Assembly (NCBI GenBank): GCA_964016885.1
Contig: OZ024747.1
Span: 14,694,001 to 14,758,000, forward strand
DNA: 64,000 nucleotides
Direction of reading: 5' to 3'
Source: Eledone cirrhosa
Lineage: Eukaryota
In this document: positions 1 to 12,841 of the stretch, one piece after another
Position numbering within the stretch: the stretch's first letter is position 1
Layout of the letters: every line of letters starts with the position of its first letter
Translations under genes and position numbers: made by a program
The notes under the pieces: model-generated
Database searches by the model: none
Told to the model about the DNA's origin: nothing
Seen by the model: the letters and a program-made list of their open reading frames with translations, nothing else

Positions 1-441
1 AGCGGTCTCTGTCCCTCATTATCGCTGCCATGTCCTGCATCTCCAACAGACCAGTGTCTGTCCTTAGGGCATCGACATACGTTAACCTTGGTCTTCCTCT
101 TCTAGTGTGTCCATGTAGGGGCTCCCAAAGGAGTACTGAGTGCAATGTCAACTTTGGATGTGGTTGAGAGGAAGAGCAAGGCCTGGGTGGCGTGCCACAG
201 CTTAAGATCGGTGTGGAAGTCGGACCTGCGTAGAGACCTGAAAATCCGCATCTTCATTGCTGTAGTGGAGTCTGTGCTGCTGTATGGGTCTGAGACTTGG
301 ACACTGACCAAGAAACTCACTCAGATGGTGGATGGGTGCTACACGAGAATGTTGAGGATGGCTCTGAACATTAATCAGTATACACTAAGGATGAAAAACT
401 TAGAGCTGTATGGGAGCATCCCAAAAGTCAGCTCAAAAGTG
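1..441. mobile_element. RTE/RTEX-type LINE 3' fragment with internal inversion
   Basis: Plus strand 165-441 encodes RKSKAW..LRSVWKS..KIRIFIAVVESVLLYGSETWTLTKK..VDGCYTRMLRMALNI..IPKVSSKV. Minus strand 164-1 encodes the downstream [53 protein letters not shown]. Both are typical of the RTE post-RT C-terminus. Confidence 0.85.
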
Positions 442-513
442 ATACATACATATATATATACATATATAAATATATATATATATGAATATATGTTATTATA
501 TTATTTACAGTCT

Positions 514-639
514 GAGTTCAAATCCCGCCGAGGTTAACTTTGCTTTTCATTCCTACGGGATCGATAAAATAAAGTACAAGTAATACACTGGGATAATTGC
601 TGGCCTTGTGCCGAAAGTAGAAACAATTATATTATTATT
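514..639 (+). mobile_element. tRNA-derived SINE family 1, 5'-truncated
   Basis: B-box-like GAGTTCAAATCC, core GTTAACTTTGCTTTTCATTCC..GATCGATAAAATAAAGTAC, 3' TGGCCTTGTGCC..AGAAAC and an (ATT)n tail. Many related copies occur in the window. Confidence 0.8.
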
Positions 640-1087
640 GCAAAGCGTATATAATTGCCTTAGTAAATGTACTAGTGTTTGACTATTTAATTATATATAT
701 ACGTATGCGTGTGTATGCTACTTTTTATGTCTATCTTATATTAACACATATTCAGTTGTAATTTGATGGAAGTCACTTTCGAATTGTATTAATAAATACT
801 AAGGTGTGTACTAACAGCTGAAACTTCTTTGAAATTTCCCTTTTGTATTTCTATTCATTTTATTTAAATCTCATATTATTTCTGTTTTCTTTTTATTGAG
901 CATTATATCCTCAAATAATATAAGAAAATGGAACCAATGTGTCACTTTTCAAATATCCTATTAAAAGATCCATTGTATGAATTTTTTTTCTTTTTTGAAG
1001 AAGGGGTATACAATACACGCACACACACACACATATATATATGTGTATGCATGTGTGTATGCATGTATACATATATGTGTATGTATG

Positions 1088-1215
<128 letters not shown>

Positions 1216-1839
1216 TACATACATATATATATGAATCTTTGACATTTGACTTCTGTTCTATTCTAGAAGAATGCAAATGTTTCTTACAAGAAAATGTCAA
1301 ATCAAAAACACAAAGCTTTCTTTACAATTTTTGTTTTTTTGCTCTTTCTATTGGAGCGGCAAAGTTCATAGAACGCTTGTTTACAAGCAACTATTTATAT
1401 ATTTATTTGTCTTTGTTTTTGTTTTTTTATTCGGAAAATAGACGTTTGCGTCTGTGGGAAAATATTAAGATAATCAATAGGCGAAGCAAATTACACTTTA
1501 AAGAGAAATTTTTACCTTAAAGTTAAATTCAAGTGTACAAATAAAAAGACTTCAACACATATATTCTGATAAATAAAAATAATATACTGTTAAAAAATAT
1601 TCCAATAGAAATGTATTTAAAAAAAAAGAGTTTAAATATAAGAAAAGCGTGTATAGAAATAACATTTTAAACATTGAGTAACTGAAAAGAGGAGTATAGA
1701 TAGGGTGCCGTTTCTTTTGGTTCTATATATGAAAAAATGCCTGTTCTAGCGAATGTAATCATGGATTTCACACAGAATTTAAAAATAAATGCACTTGTAC
1801 ACACATAATCTTACACACTCATGAAAATGCACATACATA

Positions 1840-2242
1840 CCGTATTTCCCGGCGCCGAAGACGCTTTGTTTTCGAGAACGCACCCTAGTTTTGACAACCA
1901 AAAGTTTGAAAAAAATAATGATTTCTAGTATAGGCACAAGGTCAGACATTTGTTTGGGTGGAATTCGATTAAATCGACTCCAGTACGTTACTGGTGCTTT
2001 ATTTTATCGACTCCGTTGGATAAACGGCAAAGTTTACCTCGGCGGGATTTGAACTTAGACCGTGAAGGGACGTAACTCTATGCTGCAAAGCATGGCGTTC
2101 GACCCTCTACCGATACTGCCAATCCACCGCCTTTTTGAAAAAAGTTTGAATAAAATAATAAACAACCTTCGGCCTCCAAGACGCATGTTAGATTTTGTAA
2201 GTACCGTATTTCCAGGCCCCTCGAAGACGCCTGGAAATACGG
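1840..2242. mobile_element. Tc2/pogo-like MITE interrupted by a SINE
   Basis: TA|CCGTATTTCC ... GGAAATACGG|TA termini. Collinear with the copy at 2528-2696 once the SINE is removed. Confidence 0.8.
1921..2131 (-). mobile_element. tRNA-derived SINE family 1, near full length, nested in the MITE
   Basis: Minus strand starts GGCGGTGGATTGGCAGTATCGG (A box) and has AGTTCAAATCCCGCC (B box). Flanked by an ~20-bp duplication AAAAGTTTGAA(A/T)AAAATAAT. Confidence 0.85.
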
Positions 2243-2527
2243 TACTTACAAAACTACATGCGTACATACACATATATACATAAATACATACAAAAATACA
2301 TACATACGTATATGCATGTGTAATTACATACATACATAAATATATGCAAGCATACACACAGATATATATACACACTTACATATAGACAGAGAGATACCTC
2401 TGCAAGTGTGTGTTTAAGGGTGCGAATTGACATGGTAGTCCAGGCGTGAGCAAACGTTTTCGAGCAGTGGACCGCAGAACATGTGTCACATTATATGGCT
2501 GGACGCAGTAATAAAAACTTCAAGGTA

Positions 2528-2696
2528 CCGTATTTCCCGTCGCTGAAGACGCTTCATCCTCGAGGATGCACCCTAATTTTGACAACCAAAATTTTGAAAA
2601 AAAATAATAAACAACCTTCGGTCTCCAGGACACATGGTAGAATTCTGAGACTTATTTCACGAAAAAAAGTGGCGTCTTCGACGCCGGGAAATACGG
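2528..2696. mobile_element. Tc2/pogo-like MITE (169 bp)
   Basis: Terminal inverted repeats CCGTATTTCCCGTCGCTGAAGACGC / GCGTCTTCGACGCCGGGAAATACGG. TA on the left, CA on the right. Confidence 0.85.
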
Positions 2697-2862
2697 CAGT
2701 TTTGAAATAAGGCGGGCCTTCAGAAAGTCAAACTGACTCATGACTGTATTACAGCCTCAGACAAATTACCTGGTGTCGTGTGTTACCGATCTTTACATTC
2801 AGATGTAGAGAACTTCTTTATATCGAGTTGCTACGAAATTAAAGAAAGCTATACAATCACGG

Positions 2863-2932
<70 letters not shown>

Positions 2933-3210
2933 CGAAACATAAGTCAATTGCATGAACTCATAATCCTTTATTTACTGCTATATGATAGCCATTGAATGGC
3001 TATGACCTCATCAGGCAGTTAGTCAGTTCTTAGATATGCCAAATATGTGTGTATAGTGTTGATGGTATCAGAGCCTTGGGACATATTATAAATTTAATAC
3101 ATTTTCTAAATATAAATTTTATAAATTTCCGGTAACAGTATCGGTTTCAACATACGTTTTCAGATAAATAATCTTGCTAAACAAATTCAGAAACGAAATA
3201 TATATATATA

Positions 3211-3380
3211 TTTCGTTTCTGAATTTGTCTAGCAAGATTATTTATCTGAAAACGTATGTTGAAACCGATACTGTTACCGGAAATTTATAAAATGTATAAA
3301 ATTTATAATAAATTGAAGTGAAATCAAATGGTGTGTGTGTTTCTTATTGGCAACATGACCCTCCCAAAGTATAACAATAT
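3211..3380. mobile_element. PLE family A two-arm terminal remnant
   Basis: Left part matches 29869-29934 (long end, inverted). Right part matches ~31763-31887 (short end). Both sides are flanked by (TA)n. Confidence 0.85.
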
Positions 3381-3393
3381 ATATATATATATA

Positions 3394-3624
3394 TTTCGGA
3401 TAACAAGGTATCGTTTAAGGTAATCCACCTAGAAGTTGTGAGTACTATGTGTTGAGGATAGTTTTAACGTACGGCGTTGTTTGACTCAACAAGAAGTTTC
3501 CTTAATCAGGCAGCCGACCATGTTATTCTTCATTCTTTTACTATATTACTAATTTATACTTATTCCTAATTAAACTATTTTTCACTGGAAAAAAAATTTG
3601 TCACCATTTTCTTTTCCTTTTTAG

Positions 3625-3627
<3 letters not shown>
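3394..3627. mobile_element. (TA)n-embedded insert, family J (probable PLE terminus)
   Basis: 3544-3622 is homologous to 6100-6176. The minus strand has a degenerate CTGAT(T)AAGG...CCT(T)AAAC HHR-like layout. Confidence 0.45.
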
Positions 3628-3676
<49 letters not shown>

Positions 3677-3888
3677 GATAAATCAAATGAATTTAATCTA
3701 AATCAAAATTATGTTCTGGTCTACTTTATTTAGTTACCTACCTGGCTATATGTCACTTGTAAAAATTATCTCCTGTGATTATTCATGTTTATTTATACGT
3801 TAATCAATTTCTAGTTATTATATATATATATCTATATATATATATATCTATATATCTATATATCTATATATCTATATATATCTATATA

Positions 3889-4009
<121 letters not shown>

Positions 4010-4027
4010 ACATGTATGTATATATGT

Positions 4028-4625
4028 CAGGTCACCAGTTGGTGCTACTGGTAACATGTATCCCAGTCCAACTTGTCTCATGGTTGGCGACAAAACTGGC
4101 AGCCCCTCCAAGGTTTCTTGGTGAGGAGGGGGACTTTGGACATCCTGCAGGTCTAAAATCAAAACCTGAAAAAGGGCAAAGGAGCACTTAATAGTCAATG
4201 GCCATCCAAAATCACCGAGAGAGATGACCCCTTAGTCTTTGTCAAGGCAGAATTCTAGAAGAAGGAAAACTCTGATATAACACCTGCAACCCTGATGGTA
4301 TCCAATGATGTTGACCTGTTCTTCTTTTTGGTAAAGATCATCTTGTTTAAGAGAGTGGGACTGGCTTTGTGAAGTGCCTTTGCGCACTATAAAAGCTTCA
4401 CGGCACAGGCATTGCTTTATATCTGGAGATCTCTCTACACTTGTCGTCACATGGTACCATGGGCCTAGCACTATGTGTCAATGATTGTCACAAGTGTAGT
4501 GTTTGTACTAGAGTTTTCAAGTCGCTGGCTGGACTAAAAAGTTACACTCGTTCAACGCATCGGTAGGGGTTCTCCTACATGGATATAAAGTAGTGGCCGT
4601 ACTCGAAAACGAGTTGGCAGCAACC
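4028..4625 (+). mobile_element. GC-richer repeat-like insert, possibly the 5' UTR of an RTE-type LINE
   Basis: Sharp composition change between microsatellites. Contains CTAGAAGAAGGAAAACTCTGATATAACACCTGC, which resembles RTE 5' UTR segments from memory only. No ORF. Confidence 0.35.
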
Positions 4626-5169
4626 ATGTATATATGTATGTATGTATTTCCTTATATCATAGTTTCCTTGCAGTTTGTTTTGGAACAATGACGTTCACAC
4701 AGAAAACATTTTCATTACTATGTTTTCAGTCTCCTGTTATGAATGGAGTGGTCTTGGTGCCTAAGACAACCTCTTTCTAATAGGCATTTCGGTTTTGACT
4801 CTTCGATATGTCATTCGATATGTTTAGCTTTCTTTGTGATTATTGAATGTTATATGTATACTGTGTTATCAGTATTTGTGTTTAATTCATCGTTTATTTT
4901 CTGGTGTGGGGGTACCAATAGAATATAGATGTATTTGTCAATAACGTGCATATTAAAAGATTATATTGTATTGTTCTCTGCGCATACATGGTGAGGACTA
5001 AATAGTATATTTAATGTGTATATACGAAAATATATAAATAAAGAACAATCGATTCATGATTATGTATTAACAGTAATAATATTAAGAATAGTTATAGAAT
5101 TATTGGATTGTGCACCCAATCCTCACAGTCGTCGTTCTACAGCAAGTCTCTATTCTATACGTTGTAATC

Positions 5170-5412
5170 ATGCATGGCCATGCATAGTCGTGAAGCGATT
5201 GAGAGTACAATACTTCCCACTGGACAGGACGCCAGTCCATCGCAGGGTTAAACCCCCAGCTGATACTTATTTGCTACATTACTGATACTTATTTTCAGCT
5301 GAGTATAGTAGAACAACGTGAAATTAAGTGTTTTCCTCAAGAACACAACATTGAACCCACGACATTATGATCGTAAGTCCAACACTCTTACCACTAGGCC
5401 ACGTGCCTCCAC
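5170..5412 (-). mobile_element. tRNA-derived SINE family 2
   Basis: Minus strand GTGGAGGCACGTGGCCTAGTGGTAAG (A box) ... GGGTTCAA (B box), then TGTGTTCTTGAGGAAAACACTT and AACCCTGCGATGGACTGGCGTCCTGTCCAG. Confidence 0.8.
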
Positions 5413-5844
5413 GTATATGGATCAGAGTTCTGTTATATGACTTGGAGTCTTTTATGAAATAGCTGCCTTAGGCTGTTTGGTTCTTGACTTTACAATATCG
5501 CCAGGAGGTGATGAAACGTTGTTTTATTGTTGGCTCGCGATATTAATTTGCAACGTTATAACAATGTTTCATTTATATACATGTAGTAATAAGTATGTAG
5601 TCTGCTCGGATTATACAGTGGTAATCAAGTGTTTATTTAAATTCATAGAAATTTGGGACTTGACTCCTTCTTCCTCACTTTTCGTTGCTTCACCACCTTT
5701 GTTTGTTTACACTCGTGTCCCCTTTATTTACGTGTCCCAACGACTTTTTTTTAGCCGTTGCTCGCACCAACCGGAGGTATATGGTCTTTAAAGCGATAAA
5801 ATACCAATGATGGTTGGAAGATCACTGATGAAGGACTAACTTTA

Positions 5845-5896
<52 letters not shown>

Positions 5897-5897
<1 letters not shown>

Positions 5898-5948
5898 ATT
5901 AAAATAACAGATTAAAGTCTGGATTTTAGTTTTCAAATTTATTATTAT

Positions 5949-5951
<3 letters not shown>
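5897..5951. mobile_element. Family H minimal two-arm insert (55 bp)
   Basis: TATTAAAATAACAGATTAAAGT (short end, inverted) fused to GGATTTTAGTTTTCAAATTTATTATTATTAC (long end). Both pieces map onto the colinear copy at 62250-62413. Confidence 0.7.
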
Positions 5952-5991
<40 letters not shown>

Positions 5992-5996
<5 letters not shown>

Positions 5997-6211
5997 TTAG
6001 AACAAACATCACGGGCGCTCTATCTCAAAATTATTATTGAAAAGCATTAGAAATGCGCAACCGGTAAAACTTAAAACCAAAACTGAATACTAACCAATAC
6101 TATTACTAATTTTTACTTATTCCTAATTAAACTATTTTTCACTGGGAACAATTTGTCAGCATTTTCTTTTCCTTTTACCAATACATCATAACTCGTGTGT
6201 TACACCTCTAT

Positions 6212-6218
<7 letters not shown>
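5992..6218 (+). mobile_element. (TA)n-embedded insert, family J
   Basis: Shares ~78 bp with 3544-3622 and extends ~40 nt further before (TA)n. Confidence 0.5.
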
Positions 6219-6247
<29 letters not shown>

Positions 6248-6328
6248 GCAATTGCTTTAGTGTTCTTTATTAAATATAGCTATACTGGAGCACAGACACA
6301 TGCATGGTAACACGCACTCGCACACACG

Positions 6329-6382
<54 letters not shown>

Positions 6383-6549
6383 GGTGTGTGTGTGGGTGTA
6401 TTCATAGATTTGTTTATTCGTTTATTCATCCCTGTTCATACATATATTTTTTTTCCTTATTTATGAACATAAATTAAATCTATATTCCATAAAAATATTT
6501 AATTGCATCATCTGTATATATATATATATATATAACATATATAACATAA

Positions 6550-6583
<34 letters not shown>

Positions 6584-6587
6584 ATGT

Positions 6588-6631
<44 letters not shown>

Positions 6632-6651
6632 GTGTGTGTGTGCGTGTGTGT

Positions 6652-6699
<48 letters not shown>

Positions 6700-6759
6700 T
6701 TTTATATATATGTATATATATATATATATATGTATATAATACCGATTAATGTATACTGA

Positions 6760-6794
<35 letters not shown>

Positions 6795-6796
<2 letters not shown>

Positions 6797-6988
6797 CGAA
6801 GGAAATGTGGTAAGGAACAAGGTGGACCATAACGCACCAAAGTACTCAATACTTGAGGTAGTAGAGTGGGTAATAGGAACCAGTAAGACGCCGACAGCTG
6901 AGCTCAAGCCGTTTCGACGGCTAATTCTGTCCAGAATTAGCCGTCGAAACGGCTTGAGCTCAGCTGTGGGGGTCTTACTGGTTCCTAT
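6795..6988. mobile_element. Family B hairpin insert (PLE-like terminus with 3' half of HHR), copy 1
   Basis: 57-bp inverted arms 6873-6929 / 6932-6988 plus a 78-nt one-sided extension. Motif GTC-GAAACGGCT-TGAGCTC-AGCTGTC. (TA)n on both sides. Confidence 0.8.
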
Positions 6989-7012
6989 ATATATATAGTT
7001 GTTCATTAATCA

Positions 7013-7079
<67 letters not shown>

Positions 7080-7080
<1 letters not shown>

Positions 7081-7359
7081 TGATTAATGAACAACTCAGA
7101 ACAGCACGGGAGCCTCCCAAGATTCAGCTCGAGAGTAGCACAGAGGAGACTAAGGTGAGCTGGACATGGTCATCGACATCCAGAGTTGGCATTGCAGTCA
7201 GTGCTCCTGTGGGACCCCTTGTATGGATAGACTGGAAGAGGAAGACCGAGATTGACATATGTTGATGTCCTAAGGACAGACACTGGTCTGTTGGAGACGC
7301 AGGACAGACCGCTGGAGAGAACTCGTCCATGGATCTCGGGAATTTTACCCACCCTAGAC
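7080..7359 (+). mobile_element. RTE/RTEX LINE 3' end, same family as 1-441
   Basis: Decayed frame [64 protein letters not shown]. Ends CCACCCTAGAC, then (AT)n. Confidence 0.85.
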
Positions 7360-7378
7360 ATATATATATATATACATG

Positions 7379-7410
<32 letters not shown>

Positions 7411-7426
7411 CATATACACACACACT

Positions 7427-7486
<60 letters not shown>

Positions 7487-7535
7487 CACACACACACTCA
7501 CATATATATATATATACATATACACACACACTCAC

Positions 7536-7568
<33 letters not shown>

Positions 7569-7574
7569 AATATA

Positions 7575-7647
<73 letters not shown>

Positions 7648-7649
<2 letters not shown>

Positions 7650-7896
7650 AATAAGTCTGTGGGTCATTTTAACGGCTTGATTCATTCACCGGGAAGAGGG
7701 TAATATATCTACATCTTTACGGACTTATGTCTAGTAGATTTGGAAAAGCTATCTGAAGAGCTATATCTTTCCGTTGGAAATTCTCTGAGTTTCCAATCTT
7801 CTGATAGGCGAAACCGTCGTCATGGCACTAGAAGAGGTAAATATTTAAATCGTATTTTAATTTATTTAAAAGATTGTTTAATGTTTACTTGTTCCG

Positions 7897-7900
<4 letters not shown>
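7648..7900 (+). mobile_element. Family E-related PLE-like terminus with complete HHR core
   Basis: CTGAAGA (7753), long stem II (GC.TATC/GATAGGC with inner TTGGAAA/TTTCCAA), GAAAC-C-GTC (7810-7818). Downstream sequence is homologous to 25265-25360. (TA)n-flanked. Confidence 0.65.
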
Positions 7901-7990
<90 letters not shown>

Positions 7991-8104
7991 CGGGAACAAA
8001 ACAGAGAGGCAACCAAATAAAGGTTTATTAGGTTCGCGCTTTTGAGAGTGGGGGGCGAGGACGACATTTCGGGCATAAGCCCTTCCTAGGAAGAGAGTTC
8101 AGGG

Positions 8105-8107
<3 letters not shown>
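7991..8107 (-). mobile_element. Family M PLE-like terminus with degenerate minimal HHR
   Basis: Minus strand CCT(-)AGGA-A-GGGC-TTAT-GCCC-GAAATGTCGTC. (TA)n-flanked. Confidence 0.5.
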
Positions 8108-8146
<39 letters not shown>

Positions 8147-8152
8147 GTATAT

Positions 8153-8225
<73 letters not shown>

Positions 8226-9019
8226 GTATCTATATATTTATACATGGTCACACTAATCGACACACACATAAGAAATTAGAAAATATAACTTCATAGGTGA
8301 TGATATACTTGCCAGTACATATCTATATTTAAGTACGTATGTTTAAAATAAGGATCTTTAATTTCGCCATTTTGCAGATGTACAAAGTCGTAAGATGCCT
8401 TTAACCTCAAAGCACGAACGTAAATATAGATGTACTGTCTTTTAAGTCTTATTCTCTGATTCTCTAATTACTTATGCGTGTGTCTATTTGTGTAAGCATG
8501 TATATATATATAGAGATAATGCAATTAAATATTTGTTATGGCATATATATTAAATATATATTCATAAATAAAGATAAATTTATGATATGGATTGTTGTAT
8601 GAAACAATATTTATTTCTAAAGGCTTATAAGGTTGACCTGACCAAACGTGTATACAAATCTATGGTTATACACACTCACATAACAACACACACAGATACA
8701 CATACACACATACACACACATACACGCAGACACACACATACACATACACACACACATATATATATATATACATATATATATGTCTTATGATTGTGAAGAA
8801 TATACACATACACATAACAATAGGCACATACTCACAGACTCACTCACACACACACACGCACACACATATATATATACACATATATACACACTTATATATA
8901 TATATATATACATACACACATACACATACATACACAGACACACAGACACACACATACCCACACACACATATACACATACACACACATACACACACACAGA
9001 CACACACACATATACACAT

Positions 9020-9052
<33 letters not shown>

Positions 9053-9054
9053 CA

Positions 9055-9084
<30 letters not shown>

Positions 9085-9087
<3 letters not shown>

Positions 9088-9481
9088 CGTTTCTGAATTT
9101 GTTTAGCAAGATTCTTTATCTGAAAACGTGTGTTGAAACCGATATTGTTATATTTGGGAGGGTCATGTTGCCAATAAGAAACACACCCGGATGTAACACA
9201 TGCGCAAACTAAGCACACAACACACACACAAAAACAAGATGGCGTAGGACAGAACAAAGAAGAGGCACAAAAACAAAGAAAAGATTCCCCAGTCACTGAA
9301 GAGGTCACAGAATGTGTGACGAAAGAACTTTGACAATATATAAACAATTATCTGGTTGTGGAACCAACCAACCAACCAGAAATTTATAAATTCCTAAATT
9401 TATAAATGTATTATAATAAATTGAAGTGAAAGCAACTGGTGCATGTGTTTCTTATTGGCAACATGACCCTCCCAAAGTATT

Positions 9482-9488
<7 letters not shown>
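9085..9488. mobile_element. PLE family A two-arm remnant with HHR
   Basis: 9085-9186 is the inverted long end. 9187-9488 is the sense pLTR, matching 31573-31887. The junction has ACAC microhomology. HHR CAGTCA-CTGAAGA-G-GTCACA..TGTGAC-GAAAGAACTT-TGAC at 9290-9334. Confidence 0.9.
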
Positions 9489-9536
<48 letters not shown>

Positions 9537-9917
9537 GTCCTATGCATGTCGTACACCCACATAACATAATTTCAACTGATAAACGTCCCCACTCACGCAT
9601 GTATGCATCACTGTATGTATGTATGAATGTATGTATGTATATAAGAGATAGAAATGCAGATAGATACACACAAACTCAAACACGCACACACACACACGCA
9701 CACGCAATCTCTCTCTCACACACACACACAATCACACACACACATACAGACACACACATATATATATATATATATATATTTGAAATGTAGGCAACGAAAT
9801 CATAGTTGCATCTCCTACACATATATACAAATACATGTGTTTGTAGCGCGTGTAAATGTGTGTATGTATGCATCTGGATATGTATATTTATATGTATGTA
9901 TGTATGTATGTATGCAG

Positions 9918-9972
<55 letters not shown>

Positions 9973-10517
9973 TGAATATTTATATTTATGTGTGTGTATG
10001 TGTGTAAGCATGTATGTAATTATGTATGTATGTATGTGTGTATGTAAGTATTTATGTATGTATGTAAGCATGTAAGTATATATATATATGTATGTAAGTA
10101 TGTATATAAGTACGTAAGTATGTATGTAAGTATGTAAGTATGAATGTATGTATGTATGTATATATATATTTATATATATATATATATATGTAGGTATGTA
10201 TATGTATATATATATATATCTATGTAGGTATATGCATTATTGAATGTATTCAGTGATATCTCGGTTGTATTATAAAGAAGCTGGTTGCATTAAAAAAAGT
10301 AAAAGAAAAAAATAATACATTCATTTAAAGTAACCAACATATCATCTCAAAACGGAAACAAAATATACACACGTCATACGCACATGTAAATTATGTATAT
10401 ATATATATATAATGTATATATATATATACAAAATATATATATATATAACATATATATATATATAACATATATTATATATATACATACATACATGATTATA
10501 TGTATATGTGTATATAT

Positions 10518-10611
<94 letters not shown>

Positions 10612-10835
10612 ATGTATGGAGGATCGTATATGTAGATATGAACATACCTATGAACGTATGTAAACGTCACAGTGTGTGTATATGAGGAAATAAATATAAA
10701 AAAACATGTCTTATTTCTGGATTGTTTTCATAACCTTTATTATATTACATTATATTATGTTATATACATACATACAAACACCTATATATATATATATAAA
10801 TATATATATATATACATATATATATATATGTGTAC

Positions 10836-10902
<67 letters not shown>

Positions 10903-11296
10903 TGTATGTATATATAAAACATTTTTTCGTTCATTCCTTGTTGTTTAGAATTGCATGTTTTCACAATGTTTTTGTAATGCTGACACCTTTGTCCATCAGA
11001 TTTCTCTGTCGAAACGGAAATTGCACACACGTCAATGGCTAATAGTAAGAAGGACCATTGATGGGGAATGAGACCATAAGTGCAAAGCTGTATGGGTATT
11101 CATTGCCTGCACAAAGGAAACAGTAGGGGCAGGAAATTACATATCTCTGAACTCATGTGCTGAGGCACAAAAGGATAACTATGGTGACAACATTCATTCA
11201 AATACAGCTCATCCTCAAATTCGCTCACCATTTTTTTCATTTTCTTTCAGTTCTCATTTCTTTTCCTTCAATAAATAGGTTGCATACACCCTCCAT

Positions 11297-11358
<62 letters not shown>

Positions 11359-11766
11359 AGCTTAGATTATTGTTATTATATTTACTTTTCTTTGCAAAAA
11401 AAATCAATATATAGGTTTAAGAGTAAAATATATTTAAAAATTTATATATACTTATATTGTTAAAGTCACATACGCATAAACACACACACTATAATATATA
11501 TAAGTATATATAACAATATATATAAGTATATCTATATCTATATATATATATATATATTCAAATATACAATTATTTTTGTCTATACACTCATCTTTAAATG
11601 CACATATTGGATATTCGTTTCTCATATACACACACACTAATACACACTAATACACACAAACGCATGGATATTTATATATATATATATATATATATAATAT
11701 ATGTATGTATGTATATGTATATGTATATATTTATATATATTTATTTATATATTTACACATATATAC

Positions 11767-11802
<36 letters not shown>

Positions 11803-12203
11803 TTTTTTTCTTGTCTTCCCAATTCTCTTTTCTCCTTTCAATTTTTCCAAATATATTTTTTCAGTTTCTGTTTATTTTTTAATGTATATATTTGCTTTTG
11901 TAATTAAATATATACAAGAGACCGTCTACTTCATGATTTTCTTTCGCCGTGTTTCTCGTTTTTTATTACCTAGATGCATATCAATATATTTTTAAAACGG
12001 CACATGCGTCTAGGTTTTACGAATATTGAGATTCATTCTCCGTACATACATATGTATACAAGGTGAATCTAAAGATTGAAGAATACCCGCACCGAGTTAG
12101 TTGTTTATGAACTCATATATGCTATACACACATATATATATACATACATACATACATATATATATAAATATATATATATATGCATATACATATATATCAT
12201 ACC

Positions 12204-12301
<98 letters not shown>

Positions 12302-12419
12302 TACATATACATATACATATACATATGTATATACATACATATTACATATATACATACATATATATAAATATATATATATACACATACATATATATATATA
12401 TAAATATATATACACATAC

Positions 12420-12469
<50 letters not shown>

Positions 12470-12554
12470 CATACCTAAATATATATACATATATATATAT
12501 ATACATATATAAATATATACATATATATATATATATACATATATATATACATAC

Positions 12555-12608
<54 letters not shown>

Positions 12609-12630
12609 GCATATATACATATATACATAC

Positions 12631-12669
<39 letters not shown>

Positions 12670-12752
12670 AATATATTTATACATGTAAATATATTTATAT
12701 ATATATATATATATACGTATATATATATATATACATACTTACACACACACAT

Positions 12753-12841
<89 letters not shown>

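Noticed and set aside
10960-11240. Non-repetitive island with Sox-like ACAAAG/CATTG motifs, a possible enhancer or exon
   Set aside because: No convincing ORF or splice pair, and conservation cannot be judged from this sequence alone.
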